Below are positions 16,969-25,301 of a stretch of 64,000 nucleotides of DNA, piece after piece (within the stretch, counting starts at the first letter, position 1; the number at the start of each line of letters is the position of its first letter). The stretch lies in IMG/VR virus record IMGVR_UViG_3300020414_001694, positions 11,242 to 75,241 of that record; one strand, given 5' to 3'. The translations under genes and the position numbers were made by a program. Origin of the DNA: a virus. Its lineage: Duplodnaviria > Caudoviricetes. Below the pieces are notes generated by a model. The model was not told where the DNA came from. It made no database searches and saw nothing but the letters and a program-made list of their open reading frames with translations.

Positions 16969-17874
16969 TTAAAACCAACTTTTTTTCCAAATACAATTCT
17001 TTGATTCTTCCCAAGGTTTGAAGGTTGATTTAACTTCTGCAAGGGAATATAATTTTAATAGTTCTCCACCAAATGTTGACACACCTGGGGTGAGTGCTTT
17101 TTCATACTGGAAGTGCCACCACTCTGCGCCGAGGTAACTGCCACCCTTCTTGAACGAACGTCTAGCAGAGATGCCTTTGAAACCGTGCTTCTCAGCAAGT
17201 TCAGTAAAAGAAAAGAATCTATCTTCCACAACAACCTTAGTGTTCTGATAAGTGTATGCCTGTATCTTCCTAACTGGAACATTCTCGTTCTCAGTTCTGC
17301 ACCAGACATTCCACTTTCTACCTTCACCTTCTTCTATGACAATCATTTCTTTTTTGGGATTGTTCATACCAGAGTCAAGTGCCATATCGAACGCCAAACC
17401 TGTGTAGTGTAGAGATTTTAGAGAACGACTTGCCATCGGTTTACTGTCCGTTAGAGGGCGCTTTGCTCCTGCTGACGTGATTACGCCTCCGAGGGCGAGA
17501 ACGTCTTCTCTGAGAGCGTTATACGCCTCTGCTGCGTCTTTACGAAGACGAAAATAAGAATAACCGCCTGAACCTTTTACTTTGTCTGCTTCTACCTTAG
17601 TCCAAGGTAATTTTATAAAAGTTTCATCTGGGTCTGGTTCGCCGTCGATTTGAAATTTTAAATTATCAGGTAATTGAGGATTCATAGCAGAAAGAGTTCC
17701 TGAACCAACGATGCCATCTGGGTACAAATCATTGTCCTCCTGAAATTTCTCTACCTGCACTCTTGTGCCCATTCCGAAAATCCCGTCTGCAATTCCGCAA
17801 TTATACCCTAGTTCCTTCAATGCTCTTTGAAGTTCTTTTACATCTGTTCCTTTGGAACCTTCCTTTATAACCAT
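16969..17874 (-). CDS. Endolysin: PG-binding domain plus M15-like Zn peptidase
   Basis: DGIFG/DGIVG PG-binding repeats; SLHYTGLAFD and EWWHFQY. Confidence 0.85.
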   Translation of the reverse strand: MVIKEGSKGTDVKELQRALKELGYNCGIADGIFGMGTRVQVEKFQEDNDLYPDGIVGSGTLSAMNPQLPDNLKFQIDGEPDPDETFIKLPWTKVEADKVKGSGGYSYFRLRKDAAEAYNALREDVLALGGVITSAGAKRPLTDSKPMASRSLKSLHYTGLAFDMALDSGMNNPKKEMIVIEEGEGRKWNVWCRTENENVPVRKIQAYTYQNTKVVVEDRFFSFTELAEKHGFKGISARRSFKKGGSYLGAEWWHFQYEKALTPGVSTFGGELLKLYSLAEVKSTFKPWEESKNCIWKKSWF

Positions 17875-18078
17875 TTATCCCTTTCTCCTAAAATGTTTTA
17901 ATTCTTTTCTATCATATATCGGTTGAAGTTCTCCTCCAATCCAATAAATATCATAAATCTCGTGTATTGAAGATGGATTCATAACCTCTGCTATGATGCC
18001 AACTTTATTTACAAGCGACACGTTTCTCTTCAACTTCTTTGCGTAACTCGATAGTTCCACTAAATCTCCAACCTTCAT
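17875..18078 (-). CDS. Small SH3-like paralog (MKVGDLVEL...)
   Basis: GDLV, VGIIAEV, IYW, KELK. Confidence 0.8.
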   Translation of the reverse strand: MKVGDLVELSSYAKKLKRNVSLVNKVGIIAEVMNPSSIHEIYDIYWIGGELQPIYDRKELKHFRRKG

Positions 18079-18431
18079 TCTTCTTCCTTTTCCTCATCAT
18101 ACTCAGTGAAGTCTATGTCTTCCTCGTATTCTGGGTCTGGTTCATCTGGATTGACCCTTGACAAAAGAATCAATTCATCTTCATAAAAATACTTATCATC
18201 CCAATAGTTTCCAGCAGGTGCGTTCAACCACTTTACCTTGTAGACATAATAAGGTATGTCAAAAAAGGCATCTGGAAATCTCTTGTGAACAGACATCACA
18301 ATACCTATGGTCTGCTTTGCTTCACCCTCCGAGGGGTCAGACTCCTCATTAATGAAAATAAAAGACTTATGGTAAAACTTCCAATAAAGAGAATGGTCCT
18401 CTGCTACCAGGTCGCCAACACGAAAAGGCAT
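18075..18431 (-). CDS. SH3-like paralog with acidic tail (FRVGDLV...)
   Basis: GDLV, IGIVM, VKW, EDELIL. Confidence 0.75.
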   Translation of the reverse strand: MPFRVGDLVAEDHSLYWKFYHKSFIFINEESDPSEGEAKQTIGIVMSVHKRFPDAFFDIPYYVYKVKWLNAPAGNYWDDKYFYEDELILLSRVNPDEPDPEYEEDIDFTEYDEEKEEE

Positions 18432-18435
18432 TCAA

Positions 18436-18627
18436 TCAGTCCTCCGATGATTCGTTCAAATCTTCTCTTCTTGCGAATCCACACAGACCCAAGAGAGAAT
18501 AAATTCTTGCATCAAGAGAACTCAAAAGCGCCTTCTTCAATTCTTCGTTTTGTTCTCTGAGTTTCTCAACTTCTTGTCGAAGTGCCTCTATTTCTTCGAA
18601 GTTTTTCTCTAAGTTAGGCGATTCTAT
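18436..18627 (-). CDS. Coiled-coil protein with probable ATA start
   Basis: 63-codon open frame without ATG/GTG/TTG near its 5' end; GGAGG 8 nt before ATA. Confidence 0.4.
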   Translation of the reverse strand: MESPNLEKNFEEIEALRQEVEKLREQNEELKKALLSSLDARIYSLLGLCGFARREDLNESSED

Positions 18628-18669
18628 CTTCTTACCCTCCAGTTACTTGTTGTAAATAGGATGGTAAAA

Positions 18670-18888
18670 TCAGTTTTCCTCGTTTTCGAATTGACTAAAG
18701 TCTAGTTTCGCCCTAACATCTTCAATAAATTCGTCTCTGTTTCGCTCTAGAGTCTTTAAAAGAGCATGATGAAGTTTTTTATTTTCTAATAAAAGTTTTT
18801 CAACGATAGCAGCAGCGAATAGAAGAGGTTTTTCGTGAGACCACATCTCTTTCTGAAACTGATTAAACTCTTTTTCTACATCAATCAC
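18670..18888 (-). CDS. Hypothetical protein
   Basis: 72-aa ORF, ATGA overlap. Confidence 0.6.
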   Translation of the reverse strand: MIDVEKEFNQFQKEMWSHEKPLLFAAAIVEKLLLENKKLHHALLKTLERNRDEFIEDVRAKLDFSQFENEEN

Positions 18889-19172
18889 TGGTTTTCCGTA
18901 ACAGGTTCACCAGTGCTTGCCTCTACAGCGTTGCCAAGAAGAATTGAGTGAACCTCTGGGATGCCCGCTGAAATAAGTCCCTTGAACCATTCGTTGAATC
19001 GCTTCTCTGACCACTTCTTTAGTCCTTGAGATTCCTTGAACCAATCTTCAAACTCCTCTGTCATTTCAACTTTAAACTCGAAGTTTCCATCTGAATGAAC
19101 TGTCTCGATGTTGAGCATCTTCAATGCTTCTACTGATTCTTTATTGTCTGCCATTTCTTTCTCCTCTTTCAT
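18885..19172 (-). CDS. Hypothetical protein
   Basis: 95-aa ORF. Confidence 0.6.
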   Translation of the reverse strand: MKEEKEMADNKESVEALKMLNIETVHSDGNFEFKVEMTEEFEDWFKESQGLKKWSEKRFNEWFKGLISAGIPEVHSILLGNAVEASTGEPVTENQ

Positions 19173-19197
19173 AAAGAATTGCCCTCCGAAGAGGGCA
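19172..19197 (-). terminator. Terminator-like hairpin
   Basis: TGCCCTC-TTCG-GAGGGCA followed by attcttt. Confidence 0.55.
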
Positions 19198-19202
19198 TTG
19201 TA

Positions 19203-19659
19203 TTAAATAGTTTTTGGTAACTTCTTTTTTACTACAAAAGCACAGTGTCCTTGCTGTAATAATTTTATCATTTGTCTCTCCGCTGATACTGCGGAAGGAA
19301 ACACTGCTTTAAGTAAAGGTTTGTCCTTATGTAGTCCTAACTCTCCTTTAACCCATAACTCGTAAAGCATTTACTCCTTTTCTATCTTGCGGATAGTATG
19401 CTCATGGTGCGAAGCAATATCCGCTGGTGTTAGATGACGAAACTCATTACGGTTTCGCTTGTTCTCAACTAAAATAGGTTTACTCTGCTTGGGCATTACG
19501 ACCCCTTTCAATCCTTCTCTTTACGAGTTCTGCTACAATAGCATTCTTGAACTCTGGTTCTAAATTAGACAAGACTTCTTGTATCTTGTCTTCACTTCTA
19601 TCTATAAGTTTAAATGCCAAGCGTCGTGCCGAGGCATTTGTGAAATTTGGGTGTTGCAT
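19203..19659 (-). CDS. Three tandem small ORFs missed by the track (MQHPNF..., MPKQSK..., MLYELW...)
   Basis: Manual translation; SDs present; driven by TTGACA-N17-TATAAA at 19686-19714. Confidence 0.55.
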
Positions 19660-19722
19660 GAGAACTCCTCGTTGATTACTCTCTATTTATAGCAAATGAA
19701 TTATGGTTTGTCAATAACTTTT

Positions 19723-20073
19723 TTACATTAATGGAACAACTTGTTCGCCAGTATCTTCATAATACATTCTGCAAAACTCTTCTGCAAGTTCTGGTGTGAT
19801 TTCACGTTTCTCTTTCCACCAAGGGTGCCAAACCTTAATGTTCTGCTCCAAAGCAATACTAATGTTTATGGATGCAAAAGCAGAGAGAATTCTCTCCTGC
19901 TTTGTATAGGCATGTTTTTGAGATACTGGTAGTCCGTAAAGTGCCGCAATCTCCATATAAAAACAACGGAACCAAGGGTCGTTGTCGAACACTTCAGAGA
20001 TTCCATTATATGGTCCGAGATAAAAACCCCTAGATTTTACAACTTGTTTTAACGTCTCTGCTTCTTCAGACAT
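19723..20073 (-). CDS. Hypothetical protein
   Basis: GGAGG SD; own promoter TTGACT-N17-TATAGT at 20097-20125. Confidence 0.7.
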   Translation of the reverse strand: MSEEAETLKQVVKSRGFYLGPYNGISEVFDNDPWFRCFYMEIAALYGLPVSQKHAYTKQERILSAFASINISIALEQNIKVWHPWWKEKREITPELAEEFCRMYYEDTGEQVVPLM

Positions 20074-20130
20074 TCTTCCTCCTTCTTCATGGTATTACTA
20101 TAGAGGAAGTTAATGTGAAAGTCAAGTGTT

Positions 20131-20385
20131 TTATTGGTTATTTTCTGGTTCTTCGACTTGAATTAAGATGGGACGGATATATTTCTCCTTCACCTCTGTT
20201 TTAACAAAAACGATTTTACCGTCTTCGTCTCTCGCAACTGTGTAGTCCTCACCGTAGACCGAGGCAGTTGTCTTTACCGCAGGAACAATCTTCAATTCAC
20301 TCTCTGGTGCTGGGGGCATGATGGTTTCTTGAGCGAATGCCCAAGGTGCTGTCAAAAGTACTGCCATAGCGATAATTGTTTTCAT
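20131..20385 (-). CDS. Small secreted protein
   Basis: Signal peptide MKTIIAMAVLLTAPWAFA/Q. Confidence 0.7.
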   Translation of the reverse strand: MKTIIAMAVLLTAPWAFAQETIMPPAPESELKIVPAVKTTASVYGEDYTVARDEDGKIVFVKTEVKEKYIRPILIQVEEPENNQ

Positions 20386-20741
20386 TTTGTTTCTCCCTTA
20401 TTTTCGTCCTTTGAAGAACTAACTTTGCTAAGTAGTTCTATTTCGTTATAAAACATCCAAATATTTCTAAAAACATTTTTTGTTGTTGAACCTCCTTGCC
20501 AGTGAACCAAATATACTGAAGTATTTAATAGATATTTGTCTGCTGCCTGGAGAGCGTCCGACACATCGTTATCCTTTTCTGGGTCTATCCCAAGTTGTTT
20601 TACAAAATCTTTTATAATGTCTGCCGAATCGTCTCGCCTATCTAGAATAAGTCCGATTCCATGAGATAAGAAGTCATCCCCTTTTAGTCGAACTAAGTCT
20701 CCAATTGAGAATTCTTGTTCACAACTATGCTTTGTCGTCAT
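20382..20741 (-). CDS. SH3-like paralog with insertion (FSIGDLVRL...)
   Basis: GDLV, GIGLIL, LVHW, EIELL. Confidence 0.7.
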   Translation of the reverse strand: MTTKHSCEQEFSIGDLVRLKGDDFLSHGIGLILDRRDDSADIIKDFVKQLGIDPEKDNDVSDALQAADKYLLNTSVYLVHWQGGSTTKNVFRNIWMFYNEIELLSKVSSSKDENKGETK

Positions 20742-20775
20742 TCAACATAAAACCTCGCTATTACAAGTAAATAGT

Positions 20776-21297
20776 TCAGTCTTCTTGTTGTGGTTTGTAA
20801 AGAGTTTTTATCTCTCCCTCTTCTGTTGGAAAAGAAGAGATTTCAACATTCGCAAACCCACTTTCTTTCAACTGTTCTAGGTTAGGTGTTCCTGAGAAAA
20901 TTACATTTCTAACTGCGTCAAAAGGAATGTTTGTTCCGAGAGTATCGACCATGTTATCGACACCAGAACCTGACATTGCTGCTGAATCCTTCATTCTCAC
21001 CCTGCACCCTTTTGAGTTTGGATAAGATTCATATTGCATCGAACCCTCAAGGAATGCCCCATCAATCTCTAGAACGACGTTACCAAACGATTTTGCATCT
21101 TGAGGGTCAGAGCAAGTCGGAACGCCCATCTTGTCCTGCTCAATATCTAAATCTGTTGGCAAGTTTACGATTCCGTTGTCTCTGATGTTTGGTAAATTCT
21201 GAATGTCTGTTCCGTAATAAACCTTCATTGGAAAACCTTTGTCCGTCATCGCTGTTTCTTGGAGGTATTTTCTCCACTCTGTTAAAATCTTTTTCAT
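20776..21297 (-). CDS. ART/Tpt1-like fold protein with 'EWRKYL' N-terminus
   Basis: VYYGT...I..NG, TCSD..DA..FG.VVLEID, IPFDAV. Confidence 0.45.
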   Translation of the reverse strand: MKKILTEWRKYLQETAMTDKGFPMKVYYGTDIQNLPNIRDNGIVNLPTDLDIEQDKMGVPTCSDPQDAKSFGNVVLEIDGAFLEGSMQYESYPNSKGCRVRMKDSAAMSGSGVDNMVDTLGTNIPFDAVRNVIFSGTPNLEQLKESGFANVEISSFPTEEGEIKTLYKPQQED

Positions 21298-21299
21298 AA

Positions 21300-21512
21300 T
21301 TAATCCGACCCGTCTGCTATGATTCCCGAGAACTCTTCTCTGAATTCTTCGTTATCCATCTTTTTTATTCTTTCTGCTTCCTTTTCATCGAGCAGTTTTT
21401 CAATTTCTTCTACGTGTTCCTCGTCAAGAACTTCTTTCATTTCGGCAAGGTTTCTTCTTGCTTCACTGATAGTTAAGCGACTCATTTCAAATTCAACGCA
21501 TATAATACACAT
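21300..21512 (-). CDS. Small CxxC protein
   Basis: MCIIC...EARRNL. Confidence 0.65.
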   Translation of the reverse strand: MCIICVEFEMSRLTISEARRNLAEMKEVLDEEHVEEIEKLLDEKEAERIKKMDNEEFREEFSGIIADGSD

Positions 21513-21548
21513 GCTAGTCTCCTAATTTTATCTAACTATAAGTAGTCT

Positions 21549-23633
21549 TTAGAAGCACATTCGTAGCGTGAAATCAAGACGAATTTTAGAACTAACAGGC
21601 ATGAAATAGTTTTCCTCGGCAGGAAGTGATGCAGACTCATCTGGCAGACAAATCTCATCAAGTATGGACATTAAATCTTCATACATCTGGTCTGCACTAG
21701 AAGATAATTCAAATCTTTCACCACCAGTCTCGTTAACGTAATCATCCCAAGTTCTCCCCTGAAAACCTCCGTTGGTAAAGGCATACAACTTAGTGTTCGG
21801 AGAGGAACCGAGTGCTTCAATCACCTCTGGTTTCCGAATCTTTGGCGACATATAAGATTGGTCTTCTTCATCAGTAAATAATATTACAATTCTATCTGCA
21901 TCAGTTCTCCAGTTTACTCTAAAAAACTTTAATTCTGGAATAGAGTGAATATCCCGACCCATAGACTGACCCCATACTGCTCCTTGTAAGTCGTAAGGCA
22001 GAGTCGTTGCGATAGAGCGAACAGATAAATACAATGCGTCTCTGAGCATCTCCGAAGAAGAACCTGATTCAAATGCACCTGCCGAAGAAAATGCGCTCAT
22101 AAAAGTGGAAAAATCTGTGATGTCAGAATCTAGTCTCAAATATTCTGGAAGGTTAACGTTTCTTGTCCCAGGTGTTGGGAAAACTCTCGGTCCTGTAATC
22201 AATCCCCACTTTAACTTTCCTTCCGCAGAGAACTGAGTAGCGAACCTAGTCATTGCCATTCTTACGGCATTGATGTTATATTCCATAGAACCAGACCAAT
22301 CCAAAATAAAAAGAATATCTGTGTCTGGTATGACTTGACCAAAATCTGTCGTACCATCGCAGTCGTTGTCTGCTCCGTCACATATCTCTCTGCTTGGTAC
22401 AACCTCGCCTGCACAAAAGTCAAGGACGTAATTGCCGCTACTGGTCTCCCCATACCACTGACCGTTTTGACATATCTGATTTCCTGGAGTGCAAACGCCG
22501 ACACCTCCTGTTCCTTCTGGTCCAGAGTAGCAAGATTTCTCTAAACTCTCGTCAATTAACTCATCACAATCTTCATCAAAGTTGTTACACATCTCAGGTT
22601 CTACTGGCATGCCCAGAGTCTCGTCGCAAGTATCCTCTGAGTCTTCTGGGACTATCTCTGGTGGCAACCAAGCGCAGAGTGCAAGACAGTCTGACATTTT
22701 TGTTATAGTACAATCTTCGTTGTCGCATTCGCAAGTCTTAAACCCCATGCCGCAAGAGAGAGGAGGTTCACCGCAAGGTAAGAGAGCGCCCACCATTTCG
22801 GGAGGGCACTGACAGTTCAACCCCTCGTCAACTCTACCGTCGCAGTCAGAGTCGAAACCATCGCACGCCTCTTCATATGGTTGTTGTGCAGTGCAACCAA
22901 TCCAGTTTCCTTGCTCGCAAACTTCGATACCTCTTTCGCAATCAGTGACACACTCTTTAACTAAGTTTTCATCAATCTGCCCATCACAGTCGTTATCAAT
23001 ATTGTCGCAAGTATCTGGTGGTAACTGCCCACACTCTCCACATTCATTTAGTTGGTTTTCATCTATCAAGTCATCGCAATCATTATCCTGACCATCACAC
23101 ACTTCGTCAGTGCTATAGCAAGACACACACTCGCCATATGAAAGTCTACCCTTATCACAGACGACCTCCTGAGTTCCTGGTCTACCTTCAATCTCACAAT
23201 CGTAATACATTGTAAAGTCTTCATTTATCCCTGGTGGGCAATCAAAAGCATGAGTACATCCCGTTTCAAAAATAATCTCTGCTGGTGGACAAGTATCGTT
23301 TATGCTTCTATCACAGGGAACATAGTCGTCGCCACAGATATCTAGGATTGCTTCTTTGGCAAGTATCTCCGTACCTCTCGGAGGACAATACCAGGTCTGC
23401 CTTTGGCAGCAACGAGGGTGACATTGGCAGTAGTTATCATCTGTGTTCTGAACTCCCTCGCAAGGGTCAACGTAGGCATCCACTGTAATGTCTGGAAGTA
23501 GTTGAACAATTTGAACATCAGGAGACATAATATCCCCAGTTACTGCTCGCTGCTGACTATCTGTCTCGCTGAACTGTGTCACTTCGTCTTGACAAGCAAA
23601 GAGCAAGACTAATGGAATCAATAGTTTAAGCAT
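21549..23633 (-). CDS. Cys-rich lipoprotein with MopE-like repeats and C-terminal VWA domain
   Basis: Lipobox LFAC; five CDGxDNDCDxxxDE-type repeats; MIDAS DWSGS and FTDEED. Confidence 0.85.
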   Translation of the reverse strand: MLKLLIPLVLLFACQDEVTQFSETDSQQRAVTGDIMSPDVQIVQLLPDITVDAYVDPCEGVQNTDDNYCQCHPRCCQRQTWYCPPRGTEILAKEAILDICGDDYVPCDRSINDTCPPAEIIFETGCTHAFDCPPGINEDFTMYYDCEIEGRPGTQEVVCDKGRLSYGECVSCYSTDEVCDGQDNDCDDLIDENQLNECGECGQLPPDTCDNIDNDCDGQIDENLVKECVTDCERGIEVCEQGNWIGCTAQQPYEEACDGFDSDCDGRVDEGLNCQCPPEMVGALLPCGEPPLSCGMGFKTCECDNEDCTITKMSDCLALCAWLPPEIVPEDSEDTCDETLGMPVEPEMCNNFDEDCDELIDESLEKSCYSGPEGTGGVGVCTPGNQICQNGQWYGETSSGNYVLDFCAGEVVPSREICDGADNDCDGTTDFGQVIPDTDILFILDWSGSMEYNINAVRMAMTRFATQFSAEGKLKWGLITGPRVFPTPGTRNVNLPEYLRLDSDITDFSTFMSAFSSAGAFESGSSSEMLRDALYLSVRSIATTLPYDLQGAVWGQSMGRDIHSIPELKFFRVNWRTDADRIVILFTDEEDQSYMSPKIRKPEVIEALGSSPNTKLYAFTNGGFQGRTWDDYVNETGGERFELSSSADQMYEDLMSILDEICLPDESASLPAEENYFMPVSSKIRLDFTLRMCF

Positions 23634-23634
23634 T

Positions 23635-23883
23635 TTATTTCATCTTTCTTGGATATATAAGTGCCTGGACAGTTGCTTTTTGTCCTTTATGAATTATGTC
23701 CATGTCGCCTTGAATGATTCTGGGTTTCTCTGTTTTGTGAGTGTGTCCCTTATCTTCCTTGGTTTCTTGAATCTTTTTTATGATTCTTCCTATTCTCTCA
23801 AATCTTTCTTTGTAGGTTACGATGGTGTACCATTGCATTCCGATGATGGATGCCAGCACCATTATTGTGACTGCTTCAAACAT
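23635..23883 (-). CDS. Small membrane protein
   Basis: N-terminal TM segment. Confidence 0.55.
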   Translation of the reverse strand: MFEAVTIMVLASIIGMQWYTIVTYKERFERIGRIIKKIQETKEDKGHTHKTEKPRIIQGDMDIIHKGQKATVQALIYPRKMK

Positions 23884-23940
23884 AATTTGCCTTTACTAAA
23901 ATAGTAACATAAACTTAATGTCTTGTAAAGTAATTAGTTT

Positions 23941-24318
23941 TTAGATGTATTTTTTCCAGTGGTAGAACGGACGGTTTTCAAGATACAAAGGGTCGTTCTC
24001 ATGCGTATATGCTTCTTCCTCGAATGCATTAGAATAGTACGCTTCTCTGCCTGACTTCTTTGCCATGACACCTCGCAACCAGTACCACCCGTATAATATC
24101 CATTGCCCGATGAATAGGCACTCGACCTGCTGGGCAAAATGGATTCGCTCGTGCCTTATGGTTACTGGAGACATGATGCCTCGACACCAGACAAATGGAC
24201 CAAAAGATATAGCCCAAATGTCTATTGGTGCGAAGTGTGATAAAAAGACTGGAACTTTGGAATTCTCAATCATTATCGGTTTTAAATTTCTTATTTTATT
24301 TAATAGTCTTTTTAACAC
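23941..24318 (-). CDS. Minimal zincin-like metalloprotease
   Basis: HERIH and FEEEAY. Confidence 0.75.
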   Translation of the reverse strand: MLKRLLNKIRNLKPIMIENSKVPVFLSHFAPIDIWAISFGPFVWCRGIMSPVTIRHERIHFAQQVECLFIGQWILYGWYWLRGVMAKKSGREAYYSNAFEEEAYTHENDPLYLENRPFYHWKKYI

Positions 24319-24333
24319 CCTTTTCTTTCTCCC

Positions 24334-24429
24334 TTAGCAGCAACCTTTCTCGCAGTTGCAGCAACCGCAACAACAGCAGCAATGCTTCGGGTCAAATAGA
24401 GTGACTAATTTGTGTAAAAACTTTTTCAT
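24334..24429 (-). CDS. 31-aa metallothionein-like peptide (10 Cys)
   Basis: MKKFLHKLVTLFDPKHCCCCCGCCNCEKGCC*; AGGAGG SD; below ORF-track cutoff. Confidence 0.8.
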   Translation of the reverse strand: MKKFLHKLVTLFDPKHCCCCCGCCNCEKGCC

Positions 24430-24468
24430 GATAATATCCTCCTGACAGTGTTTACAAATTAAATAGTA

Positions 24469-24849
24469 TCAGGAATTTTGTTTTTCTCTGTAATCTTCGA
24501 TGGCAGATTTGATTGCGTCCTCTGCAAGCACTGAGCAGTGGATTTTTACTGGAGGAAGCGAGAGGTGCTCTGCGATATCCTTGTTTTTTACCTCTTTTGC
24601 TTCGTCCAAGGTCATGCCCTTCAACCACTCTGTTGCGAGCGATGACGCTGCGATTGCAGAACCGCAACCATAAGTTTTAAAGCGTGCCTCTTTAATAACG
24701 CCGTCTTCAACTTTTATTTGCAGGCGCATCACATCTCCACAAGCAGGAGCACCGACCAAACCAGTACCAACGTCAAGCGCATTCTTGTCCAGGGTGCCTA
24801 CGTTTCTTGGATTCTCGTAGTGGTCTAGAACTTCTTTTGAGTAAGTCAT
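24469..24849 (-). CDS. iscU: Fe-S scaffold protein
   Basis: HYENPRNVG, APACGD, GCGSAIA, LPPVKIHC. Confidence 0.97.
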   Translation of the reverse strand: MTYSKEVLDHYENPRNVGTLDKNALDVGTGLVGAPACGDVMRLQIKVEDGVIKEARFKTYGCGSAIAASSLATEWLKGMTLDEAKEVKNKDIAEHLSLPPVKIHCSVLAEDAIKSAIEDYREKQNS

Positions 24850-25298
24850 AGATTGCTCTTGTCTTGCCATTCGTGAGAAATTTGGTCATCAACGATAGGA
24901 CCGCCCTTTGCCCAAGTGTAGCAAGACCTAGCAGAGTGGCACTTGAAGTGGTGCATCCAGCAGTAACCCAACTCTCCGTCCTTGTCGGTAGTTACACCTG
25001 GCATACATTCTTTCATTCTAGGAGAAATGTCGAAGGCGACACAATTAGAGCAGTTAGATTTCTTTGCTGCCTTCTCTGTAGTGTCCCAATATTTTGCGAT
25101 GTCTTTCCAGTAGTCGCCAGGTTCATCAACATTCAATGGACCGTATTTTATGTGGTCTGCGTGGATGGCAGCATCTCTATTCTTCGTGTTGAGTTTCAAG
25201 TCTTGAGTTGCTGGTGGGCAAACGTAATCCTTTACCTTTCCCACAGTGACTTTCACCTCGCTCATAAACTTGCGCCAATTTTCCATTAATTGTTTCAT
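24846..25298 (-). CDS. HiPIP-like Cys protein with 'ENWRKF' N-terminus
   Basis: CSNC...GYC-x12-CYTW; ATGA overlap with iscU. Confidence 0.55.
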   Translation of the reverse strand: MKQLMENWRKFMSEVKVTVGKVKDYVCPPATQDLKLNTKNRDAAIHADHIKYGPLNVDEPGDYWKDIAKYWDTTEKAAKKSNCSNCVAFDISPRMKECMPGVTTDKDGELGYCWMHHFKCHSARSCYTWAKGGPIVDDQISHEWQDKSNL

Positions 25299-25301
25299 AA
25301 T

